This document shows positions 40,256-49,951 of a DNA stretch of 64,000 nucleotides, one piece after another (the stretch's first letter is position 1; every line of letters starts with the position of its first letter). The translations under genes and the position numbers were made by a program. Source of the stretch: Gemmatimonadales bacterium. Its GTDB lineage: Bacteria > Gemmatimonadota > Gemmatimonadetes > Gemmatimonadales > GWC2-71-9. Location of the stretch: assembly GCA_037189525.1 (NCBI GenBank), contig JBBCJC010000005.1, positions 64,001 to 128,000 of the forward strand, given 5' to 3'. A model generated the notes under the pieces. It saw nothing but the letters and a program-made list of their open reading frames with translations, was not told where the DNA came from and ran no database searches.

Positions 40256-43200
40256 ATGGAGTATTGGCGATGTCGGTTCCTGACACCCATCGGTCTCGCA
40301 TTGGCGTGCGCGGTGACCGGAGCGGCCGGGCTCGATGCCCAGTCGATCCGCGGCACCGTATCCGACTCGACCGACCAGCGCCCGCTCGAAGGGGCCAACG
40401 TCGTGATCGTCGGGACGATGCTGCGGAGCGTGACGGGCACCGATGGTAATTACGTCATCCGCGGCGCCCCCGCCGGACAAACCGTCACGGTGCGGGCTCA
40501 ACGCATCGGCTACGCGCCGGTCACTCGCGAGGTCAGCGTGCCCGCCAACGGCGAAGTCGTCGCGAACTTCGTCCTGGCCGTGCGTCCGATGCAACTCGAT
40601 GAAGTCGTCTCGCTCGGTTACGGAACGGCGTCCCGAGCAAGCGTGACCGCGGCCGTCACCTCGATCGGCGGCGAGCAGGTCCTGGGCGAACCAGTGGCTG
40701 GCATCGATGCGGCACTGCTGGGCAAGGCCGCCGGGGTCCAGGTGATTCAGAACGCCGGCACTCCCGGGAACGGCATCACGATCCGGATCCGCGGCTCGGC
40801 CTCGCTGAGCGCCAGCAACCAGCCGCTGTATGTCATCGACGGTGTGCCGATCACCTCGGAAAGCATCGGGCAGCTCGACTTCGGCGGGCAGGAAATCACG
40901 GGCGTGGCCGGCCTCGCGATTGCTGATATCGAACGGATCGACATCCTGAAGGACGCGGCTGCCGCAGCCATCTACGGCTCACGCGGTTCCAACGGTGTCG
41001 TCCTGATCACGACGAAGCGCGGCAGCGGCAGCCCGTCGATCACGCTCAATGCCTCGATCGGTACCCAGAAGGTTACCCGGCGCGTCGATCTGCTCAACGC
41101 GACCGAATACCTGATCTACATGAATGAGGGCGCCGAACGGGACGGCTATGGCCCCGACTATTACGGGGTCGTTGGCGTCGATGACGTCGTCAGCACCGAT
41201 TGGCAGGACGCCATCTTCCGAACCGCGCCGATCCGCGACATCGTGCTCGCTGCCGCGGGCGGAACCGATTTTCTCCGCTACCGGGTGTCCGGCTCCTACT
41301 TCGATCAGGTCGGCACCACGCTCGGATCGGGGTATCGGAAGCTGAGCAGCCGGATGAACCTCGACTTCAACAAGGGACAGCGGCTGACTTTTGCCGGCGG
41401 GCTGTCCGTCACCGGCGAGGACAACGCCCGCATCATCAGCGACGACGCCGTGCTCGGCACCATTCCGAACGGTCTCGCGTCGCCGCCGACCGTACCGGTC
41501 CGATTGGCCGATGGCTCATACTCGACGATCGACGACGGCCTGATCTATCCGAACGCCGTGGCCATCGGCGAGTACAACACGGCCAACGCCCGCTCCAATC
41601 GCATCCTGGGCAGCTTCGAGACCCGGGCGCAGTTGCTGAGCACGCTCACGCTGTCCGGCCGGGTTGGGGTCGACTTCCTGCGGCTTCATGAAACCCGGTT
41701 CGCCTCCCAGAAGGTCGCCGGCTCCGACGCCGAACGCGGCAACGGTATCGCGACCGACGCCTTCTCGGCTAACAACAAGTACGTCTTCGACGCCATGCTC
41801 GCCTACCAGGGCCAGACGGGAAAGCATTCCCTCGGCATGACCGGTGGCGCGAGCGCCGAACTCAATCGTTCCAGCTGGAACTACGTGCGCGGCGAAGGGA
41901 TGGGCGACGAGCGGTTCAACCAGGTGCAAAATGCGGCCATCATCACCGGGTGGGATGGCGCCTACGAGGAAAACAACATGCTGGCCGGCTTCGGCCGGGT
42001 CAACTACAGCTGGGCCGACCGCTACCTGCTGAGCGCGAGCTTCCGATACGACGGCTCCTCGCGATTCGGACCGAGCACGAAGTGGGGCTTCTTCCCGGCG
42101 ATCTCGCTGGCCTGGATCGTCTCGGAAGAGTCGTTCCTCAAAGACTGGCGCGCCCTCGATCAGCTCAAGCTCCGCGGCAGCTACGGCCTGACGGGCAATC
42201 AGGCCAGCCAGTACTACCCTTGGCAGGGTGTGGTGTGCACGAGCAACTACGGCCCGGTGTCCGGCCTCGCTCCGTGCAGCCTGTCGAATGAAGACTTGAA
42301 GTGGGAGCGCACCGCCCAGCTCAACCTCGGCGCCGATTTCACGTTCTGGACCGGCCGCATGACGTTCTCGGCGGACTGGTACCGGAAGCAGACCAACGAT
42401 CTGCTGGTCGATCGGCCGGTCACGACGACCTCCGGGCAGAACAGCATCTTCAGTAACGTCGGCAACGTGCTCAACACCGGGGTCGAGTTCCAGCTCACTG
42501 CGCAGCCGTTCTACTCGCGCACCGGGCTCAATTGGACCACGACGCTCAACCTGTCGCACAACAAGAACAAGGTCACGGCGCTCTACAACAATGAGCCATT
42601 TTCGGATGGATGGAGCGATGCCAACCGGGTCGAAGTCGGCCTGCCCATCGGGGCGTTCCATCTCTTCCAATTCGAAGGTGTCGATCCGCAAACCGGCGAT
42701 GCGCTCTATCGGACGGCCGACGGCGGCGTCACGACCGACCCGACCAACGAGGATCGAGTCATCGTCGGGAGCCCGTGGCCGACCTGGACGGGCGGCATTA
42801 CCAACGCGCTGGCCTGGAAACAGTTCGACCTGAGCTTCCTGTTCCAGTTCAGCGTCGGGGCCAAGATCTACAACGCCATGCGGCTCTATGCCAACGACGG
42901 CGGATACTACGCCGACAACAAGTTCCGCTTCGCGTGGAATCGCTGGCAGCAGCCGGGTGACATCACCGACGAGCCGCGTGCCAGCGCCGACGGTCTTTCC
43001 GGCGCGCGGCTTCCCTCGAGCCGCTTCATCGAAGATGCGGACTACCTGCGGCTCCTGGATCTGACCTTCGGCTTCCAGTTGCCCTCGGGCATGGCGCGGT
43101 CGCTCGGCATGTCCAACGCCCGGGTCTATCTGTCCGGTCACAACCTCATCACCATTACACCCTACAGCGGATATTTCCCGGACGCCAATTCGACGGGCGC

Positions 43201-43285
43201 CAGCTCGAACGTTTCGCTCGGAACCGACTTCTATACTTATCCGCTCGCCCGAAGCATCCGGTTCGGCGTGCAGGCAGGGTGGTGA
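40256..43285 (+). CDS. SusC/RagA family TonB-linked outer membrane protein
   Basis: IRIRG..S, QPLYVIDGVP, LKDAAAAAIYGSRGSNGVVLITTKRG, LKWE, YP.AR end; AGGAG RBS. Confidence 0.95.
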   Translation: MEYWRCRFLTPIGLALACAVTGAAGLDAQSIRGTVSDSTDQRPLEGANVVIVGTMLRSVTGTDGNYVIRGAPAGQTVTVRAQRIGYAPVTREVSVPANGEVVANFVLAVRPMQLDEVVSLGYGTASRASVTAAVTSIGGEQVLGEPVAGIDAALLGKAAGVQVIQNAGTPGNGITIRIRGSASLSASNQPLYVIDGVPITSESIGQLDFGGQEITGVAGLAIADIERIDILKDAAAAAIYGSRGSNGVVLITTKRGSGSPSITLNASIGTQKVTRRVDLLNATEYLIYMNEGAERDGYGPDYYGVVGVDDVVSTDWQDAIFRTAPIRDIVLAAAGGTDFLRYRVSGSYFDQVGTTLGSGYRKLSSRMNLDFNKGQRLTFAGGLSVTGEDNARIISDDAVLGTIPNGLASPPTVPVRLADGSYSTIDDGLIYPNAVAIGEYNTANARSNRILGSFETRAQLLSTLTLSGRVGVDFLRLHETRFASQKVAGSDAERGNGIATDAFSANNKYVFDAMLAYQGQTGKHSLGMTGGASAELNRSSWNYVRGEGMGDERFNQVQNAAIITGWDGAYEENNMLAGFGRVNYSWADRYLLSASFRYDGSSRFGPSTKWGFFPAISLAWIVSEESFLKDWRALDQLKLRGSYGLTGNQASQYYPWQGVVCTSNYGPVSGLAPCSLSNEDLKWERTAQLNLGADFTFWTGRMTFSADWYRKQTNDLLVDRPVTTTSGQNSIFSNVGNVLNTGVEFQLTAQPFYSRTGLNWTTTLNLSHNKNKVTALYNNEPFSDGWSDANRVEVGLPIGAFHLFQFEGVDPQTGDALYRTADGGVTTDPTNEDRVIVGSPWPTWTGGITNALAWKQFDLSFLFQFSVGAKIYNAMRLYANDGGYYADNKFRFAWNRWQQPGDITDEPRASADGLSGARLPSSRFIEDADYLRLLDLTFGFQLPSGMARSLGMSNARVYLSGHNLITITPYSGYFPDANSTGASSNVSLGTDFYTYPLARSIRFGVQAGW

Positions 43286-43288
43286 GCC

Positions 43289-44623
43289 ATGACGACTCTG
43301 AATCGACACATCACCCGATTGGCGCTCGGCGCCGCGCTGACCCTGTCGCTGGCAGGCTGTGATTCGCTGCTCAACACCGAACCGCCTACGCAGGTACCGG
43401 ATCAGACCGCCATCGTCAACGCCGGCGGCGCCCGCGCGGCGCTGATCGGCGCCTACGCATCGCTGACCCACGACGCGCTCTATGGCGGCGACCTGCCGGT
43501 CTTCAACGATCTCTACGCCGACAACGCCCGACACTCCGGCACCTTCCCCACCTATGCCGATGCCGGCGCGTATCGGCTCCGGGCCGAGAACGGCGATGTC
43601 GCCCGGATCTGGCGATACACCTACATCACGATCGACCGGGTCAACCGGATCATCGAGAAGGTGCCGGAACTGAGCGACCTCTCCGATGCGGAGAAAGCGG
43701 ATATCATCGGCCAGGCCCGGGCGCTCCGCGCGCTCAGCTACCACAACCTGGTCCGGTCGTACGGCGGTGTCCCGCTGGTCCTGGTCACGCCGAGCGGCCC
43801 GGATGAAGCCTCTCAAATCACCCGTGCCACGGTCGACGAGGTCTACACCCAGATCACCACCGATCTCGAAGCAGCCTCATCCGGCATCACCACCACCAAT
43901 ACCAACCGGATCACGGCGGGAGCGGTGCTGGCGCTGCTGGCGCGGATCCACCTGTACCGGGAGCAGTGGGCCCAGGCGGTGGCGCGCGCCAATCAGGTCG
44001 AAGCGCGCGGCTACGATCTGGCGTCGAGCTACGAAGACCTCTTCCCCGCCACGGCGACGGAAACATCCGAGGAAATCTTCAAGGTCTACTTCGACGCCGC
44101 CAACTATCAGTTGCTGGGCTGGTACTACCGGGCCCGCGGCTGGGGTGGCCGCGGCGAACTGAATGCCCGGCCAAGCCTGGTTGCGGCCTACGAAGCGAGC
44201 GATGAGCGGCTGGCCTGGAGTATCGACACCAGCGTCCCGACTGTGACCAAGTGGCCCACCGGCGACGGCGCGGAGCATTTCCACGTGATCCGTTTTGCCG
44301 AGGTGCTCCTGATCAAGGCCGAGGCGCTCGCCAGGCAGGGACAACTCGGCCCGGCCGTCGACGTCTACAACCGGATTCGTGAACGGGCCGGCCTGGCCCC
44401 GCACACGCTGGGCGTCGAAGTCACTTCGCAGGCCGAGGTGATTGCGGCCGTCGACAAGGAACGCCGGCTGGAACTCGCCTTCGAGGGTGATCGGTTTCCG
44501 GACCTGGTGCGCACCGGCCGGGCCGTGGCGGTCATGGGTATCGAACCGTTCCGGCAGCTGTGGCCGATTCCCTACTCCGAAATCGTGGTGGCTCCGGGCC
44601 TGACCCAAAACCCGGGTTACTGA
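43289..44623 (+). CDS. SusD/RagB family lipoprotein
   Basis: Lipobox LAGC, RFAEVLLIKAEA, ERRLELAFEG.RF.DL.R, QNPGY. Confidence 0.95.
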   Translation: MTTLNRHITRLALGAALTLSLAGCDSLLNTEPPTQVPDQTAIVNAGGARAALIGAYASLTHDALYGGDLPVFNDLYADNARHSGTFPTYADAGAYRLRAENGDVARIWRYTYITIDRVNRIIEKVPELSDLSDAEKADIIGQARALRALSYHNLVRSYGGVPLVLVTPSGPDEASQITRATVDEVYTQITTDLEAASSGITTTNTNRITAGAVLALLARIHLYREQWAQAVARANQVEARGYDLASSYEDLFPATATETSEEIFKVYFDAANYQLLGWYYRARGWGGRGELNARPSLVAAYEASDERLAWSIDTSVPTVTKWPTGDGAEHFHVIRFAEVLLIKAEALARQGQLGPAVDVYNRIRERAGLAPHTLGVEVTSQAEVIAAVDKERRLELAFEGDRFPDLVRTGRAVAVMGIEPFRQLWPIPYSEIVVAPGLTQNPGY

Positions 44624-44641
44624 GCCGTCTCCTGCACAGGC

Positions 44642-44680
44642 CGAGGGCCATGGGTCATCCCCATGGCCCTCGTCGTTTCT
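44642..44680 (+). terminator. Intrinsic terminator after susD
   Basis: CGAGGGCCATGGG-tcatc-CCCATGGCCCTCG then TCGTTTCT. Confidence 0.75.
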
Positions 44681-44709
44681 ACGGCGTCGTTTCTACGAAC
44701 GCTGCAGTC

Positions 44710-44910
44710 CTACGCCTCCGGACTCGCCGGCCCGCTCTCTGCCCGCGTCCGCCGATAGCGCCACAATCCGAGCACGCCGGCTCCGACCAGACCGATGGCA
44801 AGGTACATGAGCCCTGGCGGCGGACCCGGCGCGGGCGGCACTGCGCCACAGGTGCCCATCAGGGCGCAATCGGGTGGCCCGGGGATCTGGAGCAGCAGCG
44901 ACAGCAACAT
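44710..44910 (-). CDS. Small single-TM protein (66 aa)
   Basis: GGAG RBS; Pro-rich N-terminus with a Cys pair, TM, then RYRRTR basic patch. Confidence 0.55.
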   Translation of the reverse strand: MLLSLLLQIPGPPDCALMGTCGAVPPAPGPPPGLMYLAIGLVGAGVLGLWRYRRTRAESGPASPEA

Positions 44911-44984
44911 GGCGTCTTACTCCCGGAGACACGACGAGCGGGGCCGGATCGGATCCAGCACCCGCTCGTCGTTATGACATGCTA

Positions 44985-45071
44985 CGGACAGGGAGGGATT
45001 CGAACCCTCGATACCGTTGCCGGTATACCGGTTTTCGAGACCGGCTCCTTCAGCCACTCGGACACCTGTCC
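44985..45071 (-). tRNA. tRNA-Ser (CGA)
   Basis: GGACAGGTGTCCGAGTGG...CCGGT-CTCGAAA-ACCGG, long variable arm, GTTCGAATCC; -10-like TAGACT upstream. Confidence 0.96.
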
Positions 45072-45221
45072 TCTAAGTCTACAGCTCCCGACTGCAAACA
45101 TCGGACCCACCGGAACCGGGAGCGCGCGGTAAGCTAACAACGGCGTCCCGCATCGCCAAGCGGCGGCGAACGATGCAGCCGCAGACTGCGGCATCGCCTC
45201 CAGAGCCGCCCATGTCCCTCT

Positions 45222-45262
45222 AAACGAACTCGGGGGACACGGCGGAATGCCGTGCCCCCCGA
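45222..45262 (-). terminator. Intrinsic terminator after second susD
   Basis: TCGGGGGACACGGC-ggaat-GCCGTGCCCCCCGA hairpin followed on the minus strand by GTTCGTTT. Confidence 0.7.
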
Positions 45263-45309
45263 ACTCACCTGCTCACACCATGACGGGCGTTATGAGCCCT
45301 GCTCGCTCG

Positions 45310-46686
45310 TCACGGGTTACGGTCGAGACATGCCGCGGTCCCGCCGAGGTTGGGGTTGTTCGACTCCTCTTGCGGCAGCGGCATGTTGACGTCGGTTCCG
45401 TAGGAACCACCCGCCTTGTGCCAATCGCCGGTCGGGAAGACGGTGTTCTGCGCCCGGCCGTACTGGCGGACCAAGCGACGCAGGTCGCCCATCCGCTGGC
45501 CGCGGGCAAAGGTCCAGAACGCCTTTTCCCGGAGGATCTGATTCAACCGGGCGTCGGCGGAGCCGGCGTCGTCCAGCGGCGGGAGGTCAATCGTTGCCCG
45601 GGCGGCATTGAGGATGCCGAGGGCTGCACCGGCGTTGCCGGCCTCGAGTTGGGCCTCTGCCTCGATCATACGCCCATCGACACCCTGGAGCAGCGCCACC
45701 GAGGCCTCGCGGGTCGGCCAGAGCAGCTGCAAATGGAGCGGCTGCTGCCCGTCGTCCCGCGCGGCCAGCGTCACACCGGCCTGGGGACAGGGCGCCTGAC
45801 ATACGGGCACCCGCGGATCGGCCGCGGTCACGAAGTTGATCCCGTTGCCGCCCTCATTGTTCGCGACGCTGTAGCGCCGGGTGAGGATGTTCCAGTTCCA
45901 GATATTGTTGTTGGCCGCGTTGACCGAGTGATTGACGTCGTACGTGTAGTTGGTGGGCACACCGGCCACCGCGGTCGCCGCTTCGCCGGGCCGATCCAGA
46001 TTGAGGAGGATCCGTCCCTTGGTCAGATTGAGCGCGTGACGGACGCGCACATCGCCCGCCGTCGTTCCGGTCACGACCGCCAACCCGTCGTTGACGTGCC
46101 CGAGCGCCCGCTCATACGCCTGCGTCGTGGTGATCTGGTCACCGTAGCGCACCGTACCATCGAGCTCGATGTCACTGAAGATGAGCCCGTTGCAGAACGC
46201 CTCGGCCGCCTGATTGACCAGGAAGCCCTGAACGAAGTGCATCTCACCCGTCTGCCAGGCCGGCGCCGTCGGGAGATACTGCTGCAGCAACCCGACCGCC
46301 TGGAAGGCGGACTGGCGGGCGCGATGCAAGTTGCGCACGGCCGCCGTCAGGAAGGTATTCGCGGGTAACATCTCGCGCCGATCGAACTGATGACGGTCGA
46401 CGAAGGTGTCACCGTTGATCCACTCGTCCGCGAAGAGGCCGCCCAGGAGGAGCAGGCTCTCGCCGCCGGTCGTAGCCGCGTTGAACCGCGCCAGCGCGCC
46501 GATGCGCACCGCGTTGGCGCCCGCGGGCGACTCTACGGCTCGTGGATCAATGATATCCGGCGATTCGACTTCCAGGAGATCGCCAGCCGAGCACGCCGAC
46601 AGCGCCAGCGTACTCGCCGCGAGGACGGCGGCAAAGCCCGCCATCCGAACACACCGCGGCCGGGTCTGATTCTGAGAGAAATTCAT
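45310..46686 (-). CDS. SusD/RagB family lipoprotein
   Basis: Lipobox LSAC, EAEA, REKAFW...GQRMGDLRR, P.P..E..NNPN; follows a SusC. Confidence 0.88.
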   Translation of the reverse strand: MNFSQNQTRPRCVRMAGFAAVLAASTLALSACSAGDLLEVESPDIIDPRAVESPAGANAVRIGALARFNAATTGGESLLLLGGLFADEWINGDTFVDRHQFDRREMLPANTFLTAAVRNLHRARQSAFQAVGLLQQYLPTAPAWQTGEMHFVQGFLVNQAAEAFCNGLIFSDIELDGTVRYGDQITTTQAYERALGHVNDGLAVVTGTTAGDVRVRHALNLTKGRILLNLDRPGEAATAVAGVPTNYTYDVNHSVNAANNNIWNWNILTRRYSVANNEGGNGINFVTAADPRVPVCQAPCPQAGVTLAARDDGQQPLHLQLLWPTREASVALLQGVDGRMIEAEAQLEAGNAGAALGILNAARATIDLPPLDDAGSADARLNQILREKAFWTFARGQRMGDLRRLVRQYGRAQNTVFPTGDWHKAGGSYGTDVNMPLPQEESNNPNLGGTAACLDRNP

Positions 46687-46698
46687 GTCATCCACCCT

Positions 46699-49600
46699 TT
46701 ACAGGCCGAGCGTGAGACGGAAGGTGAAGTAGGTCGGCGGCGCAAAGGACTGGAATTCCGACGGGTTGTTCCCCGTGGTTGCCAGGGCCTCGGGGTCGAC
46801 CCCCGTGTACTCCGTCCACAGAATGCCGAGGTTCCGCGCGGCGAGCGACACCATGAGACTGCGGGCGCCGATGGCCGACGCCAACCGGTCTGATCCGCGG
46901 TACGACAGCGACACCTCACGCAACCGGATGAAGTCAGCCTTCTCCATGAAACCACCGCCGCCGATGGCCGTGCCGTGCTGTCGGACGGCCACCACGCGGG
47001 CCTGCTCGAACAACGGCGCCGTCGGGTCGATCAGCCCGCGGCAGTTGTTGCGGCTCTGGCACCGGATCCGCTCGGTGTTGTTGTAGTTGAGGTGCCCGCC
47101 CTTATAGTCGAACTGGCCCGTCAACCGGACCTTCCGGTTGAAGAAATCGAACCCGTTGGTCACCACGAACTCGCGGGTCGGCTGCGACGGACCGAGGTAT
47201 TCGGGTTCGGTGCCGACGAAGACCTCGTTCAGGTCCGGGTTGGCGCTGTAGCTGAGGATGCCGTTCCCGTCCTTGTCCTCCCAGCCCAGCAACCGGTGAT
47301 TCCACCAGCCGAAGAGCGGATAACCTTCGACGTTGCGGGAGGTGGCGCCGGCGCCCGGCGGCACGCCGCCCAGGCTGACCAGTTCGTTCTGGTTGAGCGA
47401 GCCGCTCACGGCCAGATCCCATCCGAAGGCCCGGGCATCCAGGATCTGCCCCTGCACCATCAACTCCCAGCCCCAGTTGCGCACCTCGCCCAGGTTTTCG
47501 AACCGGGACGTGGCGCCCGTGCCGAGCGACGGCGGCAGCACCCGGCTGATGAGGGCGTCCTTGGACCGCTTGTTGTACCAGGTGACTTCGGCAATGACCC
47601 GGTTGCTGAAGAAGGTGCCGTCGAGCCCGACCTCGACCTCCGAGGAGCGTTCCGGCTTGAGGTCGCGATTGCCGAGCGCACTGTAGACCAGACCCGGCTC
47701 TTCACCGGATTCGCCCACGTTGGTGGTCGGCGAGTAGAACTGCACGGCCGCCGTGGTGCTCGGCTGCACACCCGACGCGCCGTATGCCGCGCGGAGCCGG
47801 AGCTGGTTCACCGCGCTGCCCCGCGGGAAGAAGCCCTCCTCCGACACGACCCACGATGCCGACAGCTTCGGATAGAACACGGTCTTGAAGTCGGCGCCGA
47901 AGGCGCTGTTCCGATCCGAGCGCACCGCGCCGGTCAGGAAGAAGCGGTCGCCGAACGCAAGGTGCTGCTCGACGTAGGCGCCGATGGTCCGGGTTTCACT
48001 GTTCGACTCGTCGGAGGACAGGATCGCCGCCGACGTCACCGTGGTGGCTCCGGGAGGAAGCTCCGACCCCGAGGCGCCGTTCCGGTCGAAGGTATTGCGG
48101 TTGTACTGCACACCGACCGTCGTCTTGGACTCGATGGACGAGGTCACCAGCCGGGTGGCCGAGACCGCCGCATCGAGGGTGTGGGCGAACATGTTGGTGC
48201 GGTTGTCCCGCTTGAAACCGAGCGCGTCGGTTCCGGACACGGGGCACTCCGAGAAGCGGCAGAGCTGCGTTTCCTTGCGGCCGACGTAGTCGATGCCGTA
48301 GGTCGCGCGGCCGCTCAGCCACGACCGGGGCCGCCATTGGAACGTGGCAGAACCGACGAAGCGGTTGACGTCCTGATCGGTGGTGGTGCGATAGATCTCG
48401 CGCGGCGTGACGGTGCGATACCCGTACAGCGTATCGCCCGCCGCATTGAGCATGTACTTGTAGCCGTGACCGCCGTAGGTATTGGTGGCCAACCCCGGCA
48501 CGCCGGAGTCATCGCTCCGGGTCAGGCGCACCTCCTGCTGCGTATAGCCGAGGCTCACCGCAATGTCGGCAGACGAACTCAGCGCCACGTCGAGGTTGGA
48601 TCGGACGGAATACCGCTTGAGCGCGTTCGGGTTCTCCTGCTCGGGACGAAGCGCAATGCCGCGGGCCGAGAGCCAGCGCTTGTCGAACTCGGGGATCTTC
48701 GTCACCCCATCCTCGGTCTCGAACTCGCCGTGCACGAAATAGCGGACCGCATCCGAGCCGCCGCGAATCTGGAGGCCGTGCTGCTGGCGGTATCCGGTTC
48801 CGTACGGGGTGGCATCGGGATCTTCGTGGAGATTGTAGACGGTGACGCTGTCCTGCGTGCAAGCCCTCGAGACCACCTGCGTGAGAATACACTGGGTGAA
48901 GTTGGTCAGTCGGGAGGCGGCCGTCCAACCCCAGTAGGCATCCGGATACTTGTTGCGATCGGTGAGCGCCGTCTGCTCGGTGTAGTAGGTCCACTGCGAG
49001 CGGCCCGCGACACCACGCTTCGTCCGGATCACGATCACGCCGTTGGCGGCGTCCGTTCCGTACAGCGTGGCGGCCGACGGACCGCGGACCACTTCGATCG
49101 ACTCGATCTCTTCCGGGTTGATGTCGTTCATGCGCGACACGGTCGTGCCGCCGACACCGATCGACGACGAGCCCGTCGTTCCTTCGACCCGGACGCCGTC
49201 GATCACAAAGATCGGGTTATTGCTGAGCGACATCGAGCTGTTGCCGCGGATCCGGATCCGGCCGCCGCCGCCCGTCTGGATCGGCGGCGTCACGTACACG
49301 CCGGCGGCCCGGGAGGTCAGCATGTCGGTCATGTTGGAGATCGATTGCGTCTCCAGAACCTCGGCCGCTTTGACCGTGGCAATCGAGTTACCGACCTCGA
49401 TGCGGCGCTGCTCACCGGTGGCGGTCACGACGAGGGGCGTCAACTCCATTGCCCGCGCCTGCATCTGCGCATCGACCGTGACCCGCTGTCCCGCCACGAC
49501 CGTGACTTCGCGCGAGATCTCGGCGTACCCGATGCTCAGGATGCGCAACGTGAACGTTCCCGCGGTCACACTGGCGATGGTATAGGCCCCGCTGCTGTTG

Positions 49601-49782
49601 GTGACGGCACTGACGTTGGTACCGACCACGCTGACCTGCGCCGCCGCGATGGGCCGCTGCGTCAGCGCGTCGACGACAGTACCCGATATCGAGCCTGTCG
49701 CCTGCGCATGCACCGGCCCCGCGAGCAAGGCAGCAGCGAGCAGCCCCAATACCGGCGCACATGGGTTCTTTCGACTCACCAT
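46699..49782 (-). CDS. SusC/RagA family TonB-linked outer membrane protein
   Basis: IRIRG.SS.SLSNNPIFVIDGV, GPSAATLYGTDAANGVIVI.TKRG, LKPERS.E.E; GAGG RBS before ATG 49782. Confidence 0.94.
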   Translation of the reverse strand: MVSRKNPCAPVLGLLAAALLAGPVHAQATGSISGTVVDALTQRPIAAAQVSVVGTNVSAVTNSSGAYTIASVTAGTFTLRILSIGYAEISREVTVVAGQRVTVDAQMQARAMELTPLVVTATGEQRRIEVGNSIATVKAAEVLETQSISNMTDMLTSRAAGVYVTPPIQTGGGGRIRIRGNSSMSLSNNPIFVIDGVRVEGTTGSSSIGVGGTTVSRMNDINPEEIESIEVVRGPSAATLYGTDAANGVIVIRTKRGVAGRSQWTYYTEQTALTDRNKYPDAYWGWTAASRLTNFTQCILTQVVSRACTQDSVTVYNLHEDPDATPYGTGYRQQHGLQIRGGSDAVRYFVHGEFETEDGVTKIPEFDKRWLSARGIALRPEQENPNALKRYSVRSNLDVALSSSADIAVSLGYTQQEVRLTRSDDSGVPGLATNTYGGHGYKYMLNAAGDTLYGYRTVTPREIYRTTTDQDVNRFVGSATFQWRPRSWLSGRATYGIDYVGRKETQLCRFSECPVSGTDALGFKRDNRTNMFAHTLDAAVSATRLVTSSIESKTTVGVQYNRNTFDRNGASGSELPPGATTVTSAAILSSDESNSETRTIGAYVEQHLAFGDRFFLTGAVRSDRNSAFGADFKTVFYPKLSASWVVSEEGFFPRGSAVNQLRLRAAYGASGVQPSTTAAVQFYSPTTNVGESGEEPGLVYSALGNRDLKPERSSEVEVGLDGTFFSNRVIAEVTWYNKRSKDALISRVLPPSLGTGATSRFENLGEVRNWGWELMVQGQILDARAFGWDLAVSGSLNQNELVSLGGVPPGAGATSRNVEGYPLFGWWNHRLLGWEDKDGNGILSYSANPDLNEVFVGTEPEYLGPSQPTREFVVTNGFDFFNRKVRLTGQFDYKGGHLNYNNTERIRCQSRNNCRGLIDPTAPLFEQARVVAVRQHGTAIGGGGFMEKADFIRLREVSLSYRGSDRLASAIGARSLMVSLAARNLGILWTEYTGVDPEALATTGNNPSEFQSFAPPTYFTFRLTLGL

Positions 49783-49951
49783 GAAGTACCTCGACAATTG
49801 TGGTAGGGAAGGCCCCGTTCGGAACCTGGCGGCACCCGACGGTGTCTGGCGCGCAGAGACGCCTATGGCAAGGTGAGGCATGAGGCGTGAGCCGTCAAGG
49901 TGCGCGGGCCAGCTTCTTGTCTGGCCCGCCCCGCCCGCTGTTGCGAGGCCG

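Noticed and set aside
44671..44697. 13-bp direct repeat as a CRISPR or att site
   Set aside because: Only two adjacent copies, no spacers, no cas or recombinase genes.
35277..45071. Possible genomic island between the two tRNA-Ser genes
   Set aside because: No integrase, no duplicated tRNA 3' end seen, and the interval contains the core gene topA.
46975..49806. Very long antisense ORFs (943 aa here; also 55265-57772, 58597-61185, 41516-43816, 21976-23994)
   Set aside because: They shadow clear genes on the opposite strand, lack recognisable motifs, and are expected from high-GC codon bias.
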